IMG/VR virus record: IMGVR_UViG_3300033485_000014 | Span: 1 to 56,482 of that record | Reading direction: 5' to 3' (one strand) | Length of the DNA: 56,482 bases | Source of the DNA: a virus | Taxonomy: Duplodnaviria > Caudoviricetes | Shown here: one piece after another, positions 8,391 to 17,071 of the stretch | Layout: every line of letters begins with the position of its first letter | Numbering within the stretch: position 1 is the first letter of the stretch | The notes under the pieces: generated by a model | Told to the model about the DNA's origin: nothing | Seen by the model: only the letters and a program-made list of their open reading frames with translations | Databases searched by the model: none | Translations under genes and position numbers: made by a program

Positions 8391-8546
8391 ATGACAACGA
8401 AACGCAACAATCTGGTAGCGCTGAAAAGGTCCACGCTTGCGATGGTGGGTGCCAACGCGAATCTGCGCTTGCATCTGTCCGACAGCAAGCATCTCTCCGC
8501 CGAAGCTCTCAACCGTCTCGCTCGAGACGTTATGAGGCCGCTGTGA
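8391..8546 (+). CDS. Hypothetical protein
   Basis: GAGG RBS; first gene of a small-gene string. Confidence 0.45.
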   Translation: MTTKRNNLVALKRSTLAMVGANANLRLHLSDSKHLSAEALNRLARDVMRPL

Positions 8547-8830
8547 GACGAATCGTGGGTTACGGGCCAGCGGTCAGCGAAGCGGAGCGGCAACTGGGCC
8601 CGTCGGGCTCATGTGTGCACAAGGCGACCCACATCGGCGTGCCACTGCCGCAACGATTGCCGCAGGTCGAACTCGTCACCGTCCTATACATGGGCGGCAA
8701 GTACCAGCTGTCGCACATCAAGATCGATGGCCGCGTCACCGGCTCCGTCAATACCAGTGGGTGGACTGGGGAGCGTGTGGACCGACTCGAGCGGATGGTC
8801 AAGCGCATCTACGCAACGGGGGCGCTCTGA
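8543..8830 (+). CDS. Hypothetical protein
   Basis: Coupled ORF. Confidence 0.55.
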   Translation: MRRIVGYGPAVSEAERQLGPSGSCVHKATHIGVPLPQRLPQVELVTVLYMGGKYQLSHIKIDGRVTGSVNTSGWTGERVDRLERMVKRIYATGAL

Positions 8831-9003
8831 TGACCCTGAACGAAATGACCGCGCTGGCGATCTGTGAGGTCCGGGCCAACCTTGTGGCTCGGTATCTGGC
8901 GGCAAAGGACATCATCGCCGCGCAGCGAGAGCGGATCAGCCTGCTGGAGTCGCTGCTGGAGAAAGCGGCCGTGGAGGTGGAGGTAGACCATGAAGTTCGT
9001 TGA
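8830..9003 (+). CDS. Short coiled-coil protein
   Basis: TGATG overlap with the previous gene. Confidence 0.5.
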   Translation: MTLNEMTALAICEVRANLVARYLAAKDIIAAQRERISLLESLLEKAAVEVEVDHEVR

Positions 9004-9367
9004 AGCGTTGACAGCTATGTGTGCGGATTCTCGCCGTCGGTTCTGGTGCCGCGTTCAAGGTGAAGTGTATTCAGGCGGAACCAAAACGCGCGACATTAGC
9101 GTCTTGTGCAGCGTCGTAGGATCCGCGCTGGTAGCTCATTCGGACCCATCTAGCCGCGACCATTACACCTCCTACCTGTCGGTCACCGACGCTCTCCGAG
9201 GGGACTGGGAGGAGTTCGTGGAGACGCACGGCTTCGAGTGGGCGAGGGAGCAGCTCAAAGCGGGACGACTAGTCGCCCGGCGGGCGACCGCAAACGTAAA
9301 GGCCTACGACGCCGCATCTCGCCTATCGCTAGAGGATATTGACGCTACCGATTGGATGCTGGCGTAA
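8990..9367 (+). CDS. Hypothetical protein (DUF2829-like ends)
   Basis: GGAGG RBS; MKFVEAL start and DIDATDW end. Confidence 0.6.
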   Translation: MKFVEALTAMCADSRRRFWCRVQGEVYSGGTKTRDISVLCSVVGSALVAHSDPSSRDHYTSYLSVTDALRGDWEEFVETHGFEWAREQLKAGRLVARRATANVKAYDAASRLSLEDIDATDWMLA

Positions 9368-9380
9368 GGACGGGACGGTC

Positions 9381-9623
9381 ATGATTCGAGGATACTGCAA
9401 AACCAACCTGGATGAATACAAGCACGAGGACTGGCCGACGGCGTTCGTGTCTCTGCCGCGAAAAGGGGATTGGGTGCAAGCCAAAAGCGGTAAGGTCCTT
9501 TGCGTGTGCCAGGTGACGCACTGCCAAGCATACTCGTCAGACACTATGCCCAGATTCGACAGGCGCCCCATCCAAGTAGGGGATCCGTTCATTATCGTGG
9601 AACTAACGGGATGGGGCCAATGA
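9381..9623 (+). CDS. Hypothetical protein
   Basis: ORF within the operon. Confidence 0.55.
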   Translation: MIRGYCKTNLDEYKHEDWPTAFVSLPRKGDWVQAKSGKVLCVCQVTHCQAYSSDTMPRFDRRPIQVGDPFIIVELTGWGQ

Positions 9624-9834
9624 TCGCTCACCACCATCCCGACGGCCAGGTCCTATCCTGCCCGTGCGGCGCGAGGCTGTTCGATCCGAAGCCTTATGCC
9701 CCTGATGTCACCGACGGATTCGTGCCGCGCGAGCGGACACAGAGATGCATGACGGGGGCTGCCGCACAAGCGGGTAAGCCGAATCGGATTCGGTCAGCCC
9801 CTCCAAACCAACAGCAACAGAAACGAGGTACCAG

Positions 9835-10365
9835 ATGCAATTATCAATAGTGCCGTACTACGCGGCGATGGCTACATGCGCATTCCTCCTGCTCGTATCA
9901 TTCACGGGTGTCGCGTGGTGCATTGCGCAGATCTGGCGCCGCACTCGCCTCACCCCCCAACAATGGGAGAAGCGCATGTCGGAGATCGCGATGCGCAGCA
10001 GCAGGGTTCAGTTCGACGTGAGTATGCTGCGATCGGGCCTGGTCCGAGGCCCGTACGAGCGTCCGTATCAGGCCTGGAAAAGATGGCAGTATGTCATCGA
10101 TAGACGAAGCGAACTCCGCTTCGCTGCCGCCCGCATCTTCTGCAAGCTGACCGGATGGTCTGCAAACACTGGAGTACGCATCGTTGTGGACAGGTTCTGG
10201 ACAGTACACATCTACTCTCCGTTCGTGCTATTACACATCAGGGAATGGGAGAAGGTCATATCTGCCGCGCTGGACGGGGCGCACGTTCGCATTCATAACC
10301 AGCCTGCCCTCCTGCCGGTGTGTTCTGAAGACGACTGCGATCGACGGGTATCCTATTCCCTATGA
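9835..10365 (+). CDS. Membrane-anchored hypothetical protein
   Basis: GAGG RBS; N-terminal hydrophobic helix. Confidence 0.6.
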   Translation: MQLSIVPYYAAMATCAFLLLVSFTGVAWCIAQIWRRTRLTPQQWEKRMSEIAMRSSRVQFDVSMLRSGLVRGPYERPYQAWKRWQYVIDRRSELRFAAARIFCKLTGWSANTGVRIVVDRFWTVHIYSPFVLLHIREWEKVISAALDGAHVRIHNQPALLPVCSEDDCDRRVSYSL

Positions 10366-10395
10366 TCGGCTCATTGTTTGAGAGGAGACAGCAAA

Positions 10396-10710
10396 ATGAG
10401 ACATCCCGACATGATCGACGAAGTTGCCATCGAGACGGGCCGGCCCAGGGGTAGCGTCCTGGGCCCTGTGCTCGGAATCACAGATGATGCCGCGTGTGTC
10501 CGAGAACAGCCGAAGGAGTCGGTCTCGACCACGAAGGTCACTATCATCGAGCATGTCCGCCAAGAACGCAACGCTTACGGAGACACGCTCGTGAGTACCG
10601 TCGATGCTCACAACATCTACACGAGAACGCTCGATCTGTTTCCGGATGTTGGGAACCAAGTAGGAACCTTCGAGATCACTGCCACTTTCACGCCGGAGCC
10701 ACCGAAATGA
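10396..10710 (+). CDS. Hypothetical protein
   Basis: GAGGAG RBS. Confidence 0.55.
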   Translation: MRHPDMIDEVAIETGRPRGSVLGPVLGITDDAACVREQPKESVSTTKVTIIEHVRQERNAYGDTLVSTVDAHNIYTRTLDLFPDVGNQVGTFEITATFTPEPPK

Positions 10711-10931
10711 GAATCACGAACCGAGGCCACAAGCCGACTCCACACAATCGTGGCACACCAGTCCCGATGCCTCCGAAGGCGGAGAGCATCGCAAAGTACG
10801 AGCGACTGTGCGGCGTCATGCCGTACAAGATCGAACTGGACGGAGTTCTGCTTGGCAGAGCTCGAACCGAACGAGCTGCGCTCGTCGCCGTGTTTGCGAT
10901 GGGACTTCCTAGGGAGTGTGTCATTCAGTGA
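10707..10931 (+). CDS. Hypothetical protein
   Basis: ATGA-coupled ORF. Confidence 0.5.
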   Translation: MRITNRGHKPTPHNRGTPVPMPPKAESIAKYERLCGVMPYKIELDGVLLGRARTERAALVAVFAMGLPRECVIQ

Positions 10932-10976
10932 CGCTGCTGGAGATTGATTGACGCAATAACCGCATCATGAGGAACC

Positions 10977-11318
10977 ATGAATCTCGCAATGGCAACCATT
11001 GTCGCGTCGTTGACACTGTCGCAGGCTGATCTGTCCGTCATGAATTCAGCGATCGAAACCACGTGTCCGCCGCTCAAGGAAGAGGCTGTCGTCATCCGGA
11101 TGATCCAGCTGGAGCGATCGAACCCAGCTGGAGTCATCGACCTTCGCAGGCTTCATGAGCTTGGAGAGGATCTGGTCGCAGTTCGTTCAGAACTGAGCGA
11201 AGCTCGGCACGCGCAAGCGAAGGGGCTTGCGCTATTCCGGCGATGGTCGGGAAAGCAGCTGGACGCCGGATTCTGCTTTGCTTGGGGTAATCGTGAGCAG
11301 GCGTCCGGAGACGATTGA
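10977..11318 (+). CDS. Hypothetical protein, possibly exported
   Basis: GAGGA RBS; signal-peptide-like N-terminus. Confidence 0.55.
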   Translation: MNLAMATIVASLTLSQADLSVMNSAIETTCPPLKEEAVVIRMIQLERSNPAGVIDLRRLHELGEDLVAVRSELSEARHAQAKGLALFRRWSGKQLDAGFCFAWGNREQASGDD

Positions 11319-11507
11319 GCGATTCCGGCACATCGTTCGACGCATGTGGCGAGAGGCGTCGAAGCGATACCGGGCCGCGCATCCTCAGCGGGTTCACGCG
11401 GCCGCAAAGCGGTATCGTGCAGCGAATCCGGAAAAGGAACGGGCTAGAAAGAGGCGGAGGCGTGATGCCTCTTGACCCCACCGTAATTCCGTCGGACACT
11501 GTCCGGC

Positions 11508-14500
11508 ATGGCGAATGCTGCATCGGACGATAGGCAGGCGAAACTTCTCGGACTCATGGCGGACGGAGTGTCTCTTCGTGCCGCTGCTGCTGCCGTAGGG
11601 ATTCCGAAGTCGACTGCTTCGGACATGGTCCGCTCATCTCGCAGCGGACCGTCCGGAATAGCATCCAATCAGGGCACACCGGGAGTCCCGTTCTCCGGAG
11701 CAATCGAGCCGCCCGCATCTGTTCCGCCGCTGGACTGGAACAACGATCAGACTGCTCCACCACCCGATCCCCTCGTGTTCCGAGAGGGATACCACGATCG
11801 GTCGTTCCGTCAGTACATGGCCCCGCTCGCGTTCGATGGGTGGGACCTTGACCGGGTACGCAACGCCATTTCGATGCACTGTCAGGGCATCTTCCTCGAG
11901 AGCTCGCAGCTGGCAATCGCGGTCTCACGATTCGGCCCGGTGACTGCCGCACTCAAGCAGCGTGTGGCGCCAGCCCTCGGGCGCCCTCGACAGGTGCACG
12001 CTGGAACCAGGGGCCTATCCAAGGTGCTAGGCCGCGAGATAGAGCGACAGCTGGCCCCTCGTCTTGGACTGCGTCCGTCTCCCTACTTCCCTCCGATTCT
12101 TTGGGGCTCGATCGGAATCGATCTGGCGATGATGGGATTCTCCGTGCTTCAGCATGCGTACGGAGCACCCAATCCGGACACCGGAATTCGCATGGTCTAC
12201 ACGCGCCGATGGCCGACGTGGGCAGTGCAGTATTGGCGCCCTCGTCGTACGTTCATTGCAATGACGACGGAGGGGCCAGTTGACATCATCTCCGGCGATG
12301 GCAAATTCACGCTCGTCGCCGATAGTGAAGAGCCGCATCTCGAGGCCGCTATCATCCCCCTCGGAGAAGAGGCACTCGACGGGAAGTCCACCCAACGGGC
12401 GCGCGCGTCGTATGTAGACAAGTACGGCAATCCGAAGTGGGTTGGCATCATGCCTCAGGGGGTTGCGGTCCGCTCCAAGGAAGGCGATGCGTTCTTCGAT
12501 GCGCTGGCCACGATTCGTGGCCCCGACGGGTACGGAGCGATTCCTTTCGGTTCCCAGCTGGACATCAGGGGGCTGACGAGCGGCCAGTCGGACACGTTCA
12601 AGGATGCGCTTGAGTCCAACTGGCAATACGTGGCGGCCATCCTGCTCGGCTCCGATGGGACAATGACCCGAGGTACCGGAGTCTACAGCGCACCGATCTT
12701 CGCTGGAGTGAGACGCGATCTCGTCGAGAGGGACCTCAAGGCAGAGATTCGAGCAGTGAACTGCGGGCACGTAGCTCCGTGGCTCGCGTTCAACTACGCA
12801 TCCTCGATCGCTGAGGCAAGAGGGTGGATAGATCCTGTGTTCGATATTCCCTTGCCTGATCCAGATGCGGACGCACGCATCGAATCAATCGGCAAGAGGA
12901 CGAAGATGTTCATTGAGATCCAGAAGGCGAAGGCTGATGCTGGATTCGAGGTCTCCCAGGACAGCGTTGACGAAGATGCTGCGACGTTCGAGATTGAAGC
13001 ACCGAAGCTTGCCGTGTCGGAGAATAAGAGAGTTCCCATCGACGTTCCGCCCACCGAGAGAGCGAAGGTCGTCAAGGTCAGGGAGCTGCGCAGCAACATG
13101 GGTCTGGAGCCGCTCGGGACCGATCGGGACGATGCGCTTTTGGCTGATCTGGACAAGACGCAACCGGAGGGTGAACAAGGCTCTGAAGCGTCGGGTGACG
13201 AACCGGTGGCAACGGAGGCCACGGAAGGCGAGCAGGAATCGTCAAGCGAGGCCACGGATCATGGGGGCACATCAACCGGCGGCAAGCAAGGTAAAGCGCT
13301 AGCTGGTGAGTTTCAGTGGATGGTCACATTCGCCCGCGATGATTGGCAGGCGGATATCATCGACGCGATCACCGATCGAACCAAGATGACGTGCCCGCAT
13401 TGCGCTGGAGTGATTCGGGACGAGTCCGACGTGATGCGTGGGTGGTATTGCATCCACTGCGGAGGCAAGTGGGAAGAATCGAAGCATCCGCGAAAGGGCG
13501 GAAAGTTCGCGAAGAAAGGTGAAGGGGACGGGGGCGCGAAGAGGGAAGCGGAACCGAAGAGGCCGGCAGCGAAGAAAACTGATGCGCAAAAGAAGAAGGA
13601 AGCGGCGAAGAAAGCCAAAGAGAAGGAGCGCGAAAAGGCCAAGCGAGCGAAGGCCAAAGAGGCAGAGAAGAAGCGCAAGGCCAAAGAGAAGACGGAGGCA
13701 GCGAAGCGGAAGACGGCGAAGAAGCCTGCCAAGAATGCGTCCGCCAAGAAGGCTCCGAAGAAGGCAGCTGCCAAGAAGCCGGCGAAGCGGAAGACGGCGA
13801 AGAAGCCTGCCAAGAATGCGGCGCCGAAAAGAAAGGCAGCGAAGAAGCCAACTGCAAAGCCGTCCGATAAGAAGCCCGGGACCGCGGAGCCGAAGAAGAA
13901 GTCACCCACGCCTGAGCCTGAGCCTGAGAAGAAACCCGAAAAGAAGAAGCTTGATCCGGACAAGTACAAGGACATTCAGGACGATCCTAAGCCAGAAAAG
14001 AAGCCAGCTAAGAGCGGTACGCACCCTCACGATCCGGAGCATTGGGAAGAGCACTACAAGCATCTAGGATATGCAGCGAAGCATGCCGCCTACGGACATG
14101 CCATGAATGAGCGCGGACTGGACATGCCGCCCAAGGAAGCCGCCGATCATCTTCGTGGAATGGCCAAGCGCAACAAGATGTTTGAGGAAGCTGTGTGGTA
14201 TCTGGAGGATCTGCACTCTAGGGGATACAAGTCTATCAGAGAACTGAAGAAAACAGATCCTGAAGCCGGCGCAGCCCTGTCGGCCATTACCGCCCTCGCG
14301 GCACACAGCAAAGAGTTGAAAGCATCCGGCGGGACCATGTCAGCCAAAGGTCAGCTCACCGTCAACAAGGAGACGATGGGCAATGAACTGGCAATGGGCA
14401 TGGTCAAGTCGGCCAGGGACTTCTATCAGACATTCGCCGCATCAGGTAGAACCTTCGGAAAGGTCAGCATTCAACTGGAGCCAGGAAGAGCTAGAGCTGC

Positions 14501-14897
14501 ATACTACCCGAGCAAGAACAAGGTTGCCTACAACGCATCGCCCGGAAGCAACCCCGCTGTGATTGAGCACGAGCTGGGGCACTGTCTGGCCGGAAACAAC
14601 AAGGACATTTCAGACGCAGCGTCTGAATTCTTTCACGCCAGAACGAAGGGTGAGACGCTTCAACCAATAAAAACCAAGAAGAAGGCCGACGAGTTCTACG
14701 GAAAGGAAGAGGTCTGTCTCCCCGACAAGTTCATGAGCAGATACATGGGTCGTGTGTACTCAGACGAAAGTAAGCCAGAAGGAACAGAGATCGTGTCAAT
14801 GGCGTGCGAGTATCTAGCCAGGGAACCTCACACGTTGTTCACCAAAGATCCGGAGATGTTCCACTTCATTCTTGGGGCACTCAAAGGAGTCAAGTGA
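11508..14897 (+). CDS. Portal protein fused to an N-terminal HTH and C-terminal Zn-ribbon, K/A-rich and HExxH metallopeptidase regions
   Basis: HTH (GVSLRAAAAAVGIPKSTASDMVR); Mu gp29/DUF935-like portal motifs (GFSV, YVDKYGNP, AAILLG, ELRSNMGLEP); WEESKHPRKGGKF; VIEHELGH...EIVSM...DPEMFHFILG. Confidence 0.8.
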   Translation: MANAASDDRQAKLLGLMADGVSLRAAAAAVGIPKSTASDMVRSSRSGPSGIASNQGTPGVPFSGAIEPPASVPPLDWNNDQTAPPPDPLVFREGYHDRSFRQYMAPLAFDGWDLDRVRNAISMHCQGIFLESSQLAIAVSRFGPVTAALKQRVAPALGRPRQVHAGTRGLSKVLGREIERQLAPRLGLRPSPYFPPILWGSIGIDLAMMGFSVLQHAYGAPNPDTGIRMVYTRRWPTWAVQYWRPRRTFIAMTTEGPVDIISGDGKFTLVADSEEPHLEAAIIPLGEEALDGKSTQRARASYVDKYGNPKWVGIMPQGVAVRSKEGDAFFDALATIRGPDGYGAIPFGSQLDIRGLTSGQSDTFKDALESNWQYVAAILLGSDGTMTRGTGVYSAPIFAGVRRDLVERDLKAEIRAVNCGHVAPWLAFNYASSIAEARGWIDPVFDIPLPDPDADARIESIGKRTKMFIEIQKAKADAGFEVSQDSVDEDAATFEIEAPKLAVSENKRVPIDVPPTERAKVVKVRELRSNMGLEPLGTDRDDALLADLDKTQPEGEQGSEASGDEPVATEATEGEQESSSEATDHGGTSTGGKQGKALAGEFQWMVTFARDDWQADIIDAITDRTKMTCPHCAGVIRDESDVMRGWYCIHCGGKWEESKHPRKGGKFAKKGEGDGGAKREAEPKRPAAKKTDAQKKKEAAKKAKEKEREKAKRAKAKEAEKKRKAKEKTEAAKRKTAKKPAKNASAKKAPKKAAAKKPAKRKTAKKPAKNAAPKRKAAKKPTAKPSDKKPGTAEPKKKSPTPEPEPEKKPEKKKLDPDKYKDIQDDPKPEKKPAKSGTHPHDPEHWEEHYKHLGYAAKHAAYGHAMNERGLDMPPKEAADHLRGMAKRNKMFEEAVWYLEDLHSRGYKSIRELKKTDPEAGAALSAITALAAHSKELKASGGTMSAKGQLTVNKETMGNELAMGMVKSARDFYQTFAASGRTFGKVSIQLEPGRARAAYYPSKNKVAYNASPGSNPAVIEHELGHCLAGNNKDISDAASEFFHARTKGETLQPIKTKKKADEFYGKEEVCLPDKFMSRYMGRVYSDESKPEGTEIVSMACEYLAREPHTLFTKDPEMFHFILGALKGVK
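13701..13820 (+). repeat. 39-bp direct repeat in the K/A-rich linker
   Basis: GCGAAGCGGAAGACGGCGAAGAAGCCTGCCAAGAATGCG at 13701-13739 and 13782-13820. Confidence 0.9.
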
Positions 14898-15202
14898 TGG
14901 CTACCTGGAAGATTGGCAAGCTCGTGGTTCGCAGTGGGGGGGAGAGTAGCGACGGGGACACCTCGAGGCGTCTCAAGAAAGGTCTTGAATTCTACAGCTA
15001 CGGACCAGCTCCCGACGGGAGGTGGCCTGTCGATCCAAAGAACGATTGGACCATTCACCGGTGGGCGACCGAACGCGCAGACAGGGACGGGGTGAAGCTC
15101 ACCACAGATTACGCCGATGTCGACGAAGACATGCCGAAGCAAGTTCGAAAGTATCTAGACGGACTCAAGTATCAACCAAAAGACAAGGGAATGGTGAACT
15201 GA
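14897..15202 (+). CDS. Small protein coupled to the portal-peptidase fusion (possible partner or immunity protein)
   Basis: AGGAG RBS; TGATG overlap. Confidence 0.6.
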   Translation: MATWKIGKLVVRSGGESSDGDTSRRLKKGLEFYSYGPAPDGRWPVDPKNDWTIHRWATERADRDGVKLTTDYADVDEDMPKQVRKYLDGLKYQPKDKGMVN

Positions 15203-15576
15203 TGTGGACGAAACAATTCGTGTCGGGTGACTGCCCGCAACACTTCGAGAATTCCGGATTCGCTGACTGGATTCGTGCAATAGGGTCCGGAACGGTGAGC
15301 GTTGTCAACGGAGACAACAGCGCGGCCACGTTCGACGTGACTGGCGGAGAGATCATTACCGGGAAGTTTCGAAGTATAACCGCCGTCACGTGCACCAGAG
15401 TTTGGGCGGGAGACGGGATCATCCCACCGGCTCCTGGCCAGAAAGGAGACAGGGGGGCCACTGGTCCAACGGGGGCCACCGGCGCAGGAGCTGGAGTGCC
15501 AACCGCTCCGACCGGAGACGGGGAATACGATCTCGTGGTCAGCAGTGGAGTGGCTACCTGGACTAGCGTAACCTAG
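15202..15576 (+). CDS. Head spike-base-like protein with short collagen-like GXY repeats
   Basis: Beta-rich N-terminus (IGSGTVSVV...ATFDVTGGEII); GQKGDRGATGPTGATG. Confidence 0.55.
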   Translation: MWTKQFVSGDCPQHFENSGFADWIRAIGSGTVSVVNGDNSAATFDVTGGEIITGKFRSITAVTCTRVWAGDGIIPPAPGQKGDRGATGPTGATGAGAGVPTAPTGDGEYDLVVSSGVATWTSVT

Positions 15577-15583
15577 GCAATCG

Positions 15584-15778
15584 CTACTGCACTAGACCAC
15601 GCTTGGCGCGGTACGCGAGACGGCGTTCGATGTGCCTTCGTCGCGATACCGCGCCAATGTGTGTGGCGAATGCGGCCGCTCGCAATCGTTTGGCGCACGA
15701 ATAGAACGCGATCGCCGTCGACTCCTCGGTGGCGCGAGCGTCAACAAGCTGTGACGACAGGGATTCGATTCTGGTCAT
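15584..15778 (-). CDS. Hypothetical protein
   Basis: ATGA-coupled to the upstream GNAT-like gene. Confidence 0.45.
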   Translation of the reverse strand: MTRIESLSSQLVDARATEESTAIAFYSCAKRLRAAAFATHIGAVSRRRHIERRLAYRAKRGLVQ

Positions 15779-16266
15779 TGTGGCATCCTTGCAGATGCGG
15801 CCACGGTCCACTTCGACGCGCACCATTGTGGTGCCCAAACTTGTTTGCGGCATGTAGGTGCCTTCTGCTTACGCACTCGAGAAGGGCGGCTCCATCCTTC
15901 GGCCTTAGTCGTGCCGACGTGAACCCACCCGGCAGCCTTCAGGCTCGTGCCGGGTTCGGTCTCTAGAATGAAAGTGAATAGCCTGTCAAAACCGAGTTCT
16001 TTACATAGCCTCGAGCAGACCCCGTAGAGAAAGGAACAGGCGTCAGGGGTGCCGTCCGTTGCAACGCGAGTGACCTCAGCCGCTCGATATTGCTCCGTCT
16101 GGCGAGCAACAGGCCGACCGATCACGGCGCATCCTACCAGGCGCTCGTCAAAAATGACACCAACCCCGTATCGATATCCAACAACCGGGCCGTGGTGGCG
16201 GTGCCAAGCGCGAATAAGCGCGTTGCACTCATCGAGTGTCATTGGGCAGGCACGCATACTCGACAT
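15775..16266 (-). CDS. XF1762-family protein (Mom-like GNAT fold; possible DNA modification enzyme)
   Basis: HRHHGPVVG, LVGCAVIGRPVAR, EVTRVATDGT..ACSFLY, FILETEPGTSLKAAGW; GGAG RBS. Confidence 0.85.
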   Translation of the reverse strand: MSSMRACPMTLDECNALIRAWHRHHGPVVGYRYGVGVIFDERLVGCAVIGRPVARQTEQYRAAEVTRVATDGTPDACSFLYGVCSRLCKELGFDRLFTFILETEPGTSLKAAGWVHVGTTKAEGWSRPSRVRKQKAPTCRKQVWAPQWCASKWTVAASARMPQ

Positions 16267-16285
16267 GATTTGAATCTCCGTGTTT

Positions 16286-16370
16286 TGGGGGATGCAACCG
16301 AGAATCGGACTCGGAGAGGGCGTGTGACGTCCTATGCCGCCAAAGCTTGCAGCTGTCAGATTGCAACATC
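16286..16370 (-). ncRNA. Degenerate tRNA-like element ending in CCA
   Basis: T-arm CCGAG-TCCGATT-CTCGG followed by TTGCATCCC-CCA; possible anticodon arm AGGAC-GTCACAC-GCCCT; acceptor pairing imperfect; 5' end uncertain. Confidence 0.3.
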
Positions 16371-16389
16371 TGACACACGATCTATCCCG

Positions 16390-16503
16390 TGGTGCGGCAC
16401 CTCCGGGTTGAACGGAGACTGCCCTGGTCACCCAGGCTCGCGGAACCATTCTCTGCACTCCCGATGCCGTCGCGCCGGGCTATGCCTCGATTATCCGTGC
16501 CGC
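16390..16503 (-). ncRNA. tRNA-like RNA, 114 nt, with perfect acceptor stem, T-arm and encoded CCA but no canonical anticodon arm
   Basis: 5' GCGGCAC pairs 7/7 with GTGCCGC-A-CCA; T-arm CTCCG-TTCAACC-CGGAG at canonical spacing; internal hairpins CCCGG/TCGGG and CCTGG-GTGA-CCAGG. Confidence 0.6.
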
Positions 16504-16559
16504 TAGGCCCACCCTCAGTGCGTTTCCTCGCTGAGTTCCGGCAAGGGGATGGGCTGTAT

Positions 16560-16769
16560 TCATATCGTTGCTGCCGACTCGATCGGCCCCTTCGGACAAT
16601 CCACCGACGAGTGTCCGTACTGTCCGCAGCTCATGCACCATTGCTGCTGCCGGATGCTCAGTTCAGTTGAGCACGATGCTTTCAGCCCGCACATCCGGCA
16701 CGCCGCATACGTAGGACCGCTCTTGTCCAAGCTATTGTAACAGTACGGTCCTTTCGTATCCTTGATCAT
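16560..16769 (-). CDS. Small CCHC zinc-knuckle protein
   Basis: CMSCGQYGHSSVDC = CX2CX4HX4C; additional CRMC. Confidence 0.6.
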   Translation of the reverse strand: MIKDTKGPYCYNSLDKSGPTYAACRMCGLKASCSTELSIRQQQWCMSCGQYGHSSVDCPKGPIESAATI

Positions 16770-17071
16770 TCCCCGGCCGCCGCACGGGCTTTCTCGGCTG
16801 AGCGATCGGCGATGAACTTGCACAGCATCGCCCGTGCGGCGTCGCTTAGTGTAATGCTCTGCAGGCCGTGCGTGGCAATCATCTCATCGCGATACTCGCG
16901 CACGGCATTCATCTTGGCCGCGTCGAGTTTGAACGAGACGCTGTCGCGCTCGGACTCAGGCTTGCGGCGCCTGGTCCTTGGCTTCTCGGGAGCTTCAGTC
17001 CCCGGATCTTCGTCGTCACCGTCGTGCGGCAGCTCTTCATCGATCGCGGTCGTGAACTTCTTTTTCGCCAT
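16766..17071 (-). CDS. RHH-like DNA-binding protein
   Basis: SVSFKLD...TLSDAARAML; AGGA RBS. Confidence 0.55.
   Translation of the reverse strand: MAKKKFTTAIDEELPHDGDDEDPGTEAPEKPRTRRRKPESERDSVSFKLDAAKMNAVREYRDEMIATHGLQSITLSDAARAMLCKFIADRSAEKARAAAGE

Noticed and set aside
13313-14067. Phe/Ala-rich antisense ORFs and Arg-rich alternative-frame ORF
   Set aside because: Shadows of the Lys/Ala-rich portal linker
16267-16458. N-terminal extension of the XF1762-like ORF given in the ORF track
   Set aside because: Family similarity begins near 16266, where there is an RBS; the upstream part overlaps the structured RNA elements
16390-16503. Calling this a canonical tRNA or an attP tRNA fragment
   Set aside because: No 7-nt anticodon loop on a 5-bp stem could be placed and the length is 114 nt; no integrase is present, and the matching 5' acceptor strand argues against a simple 3' att fragment
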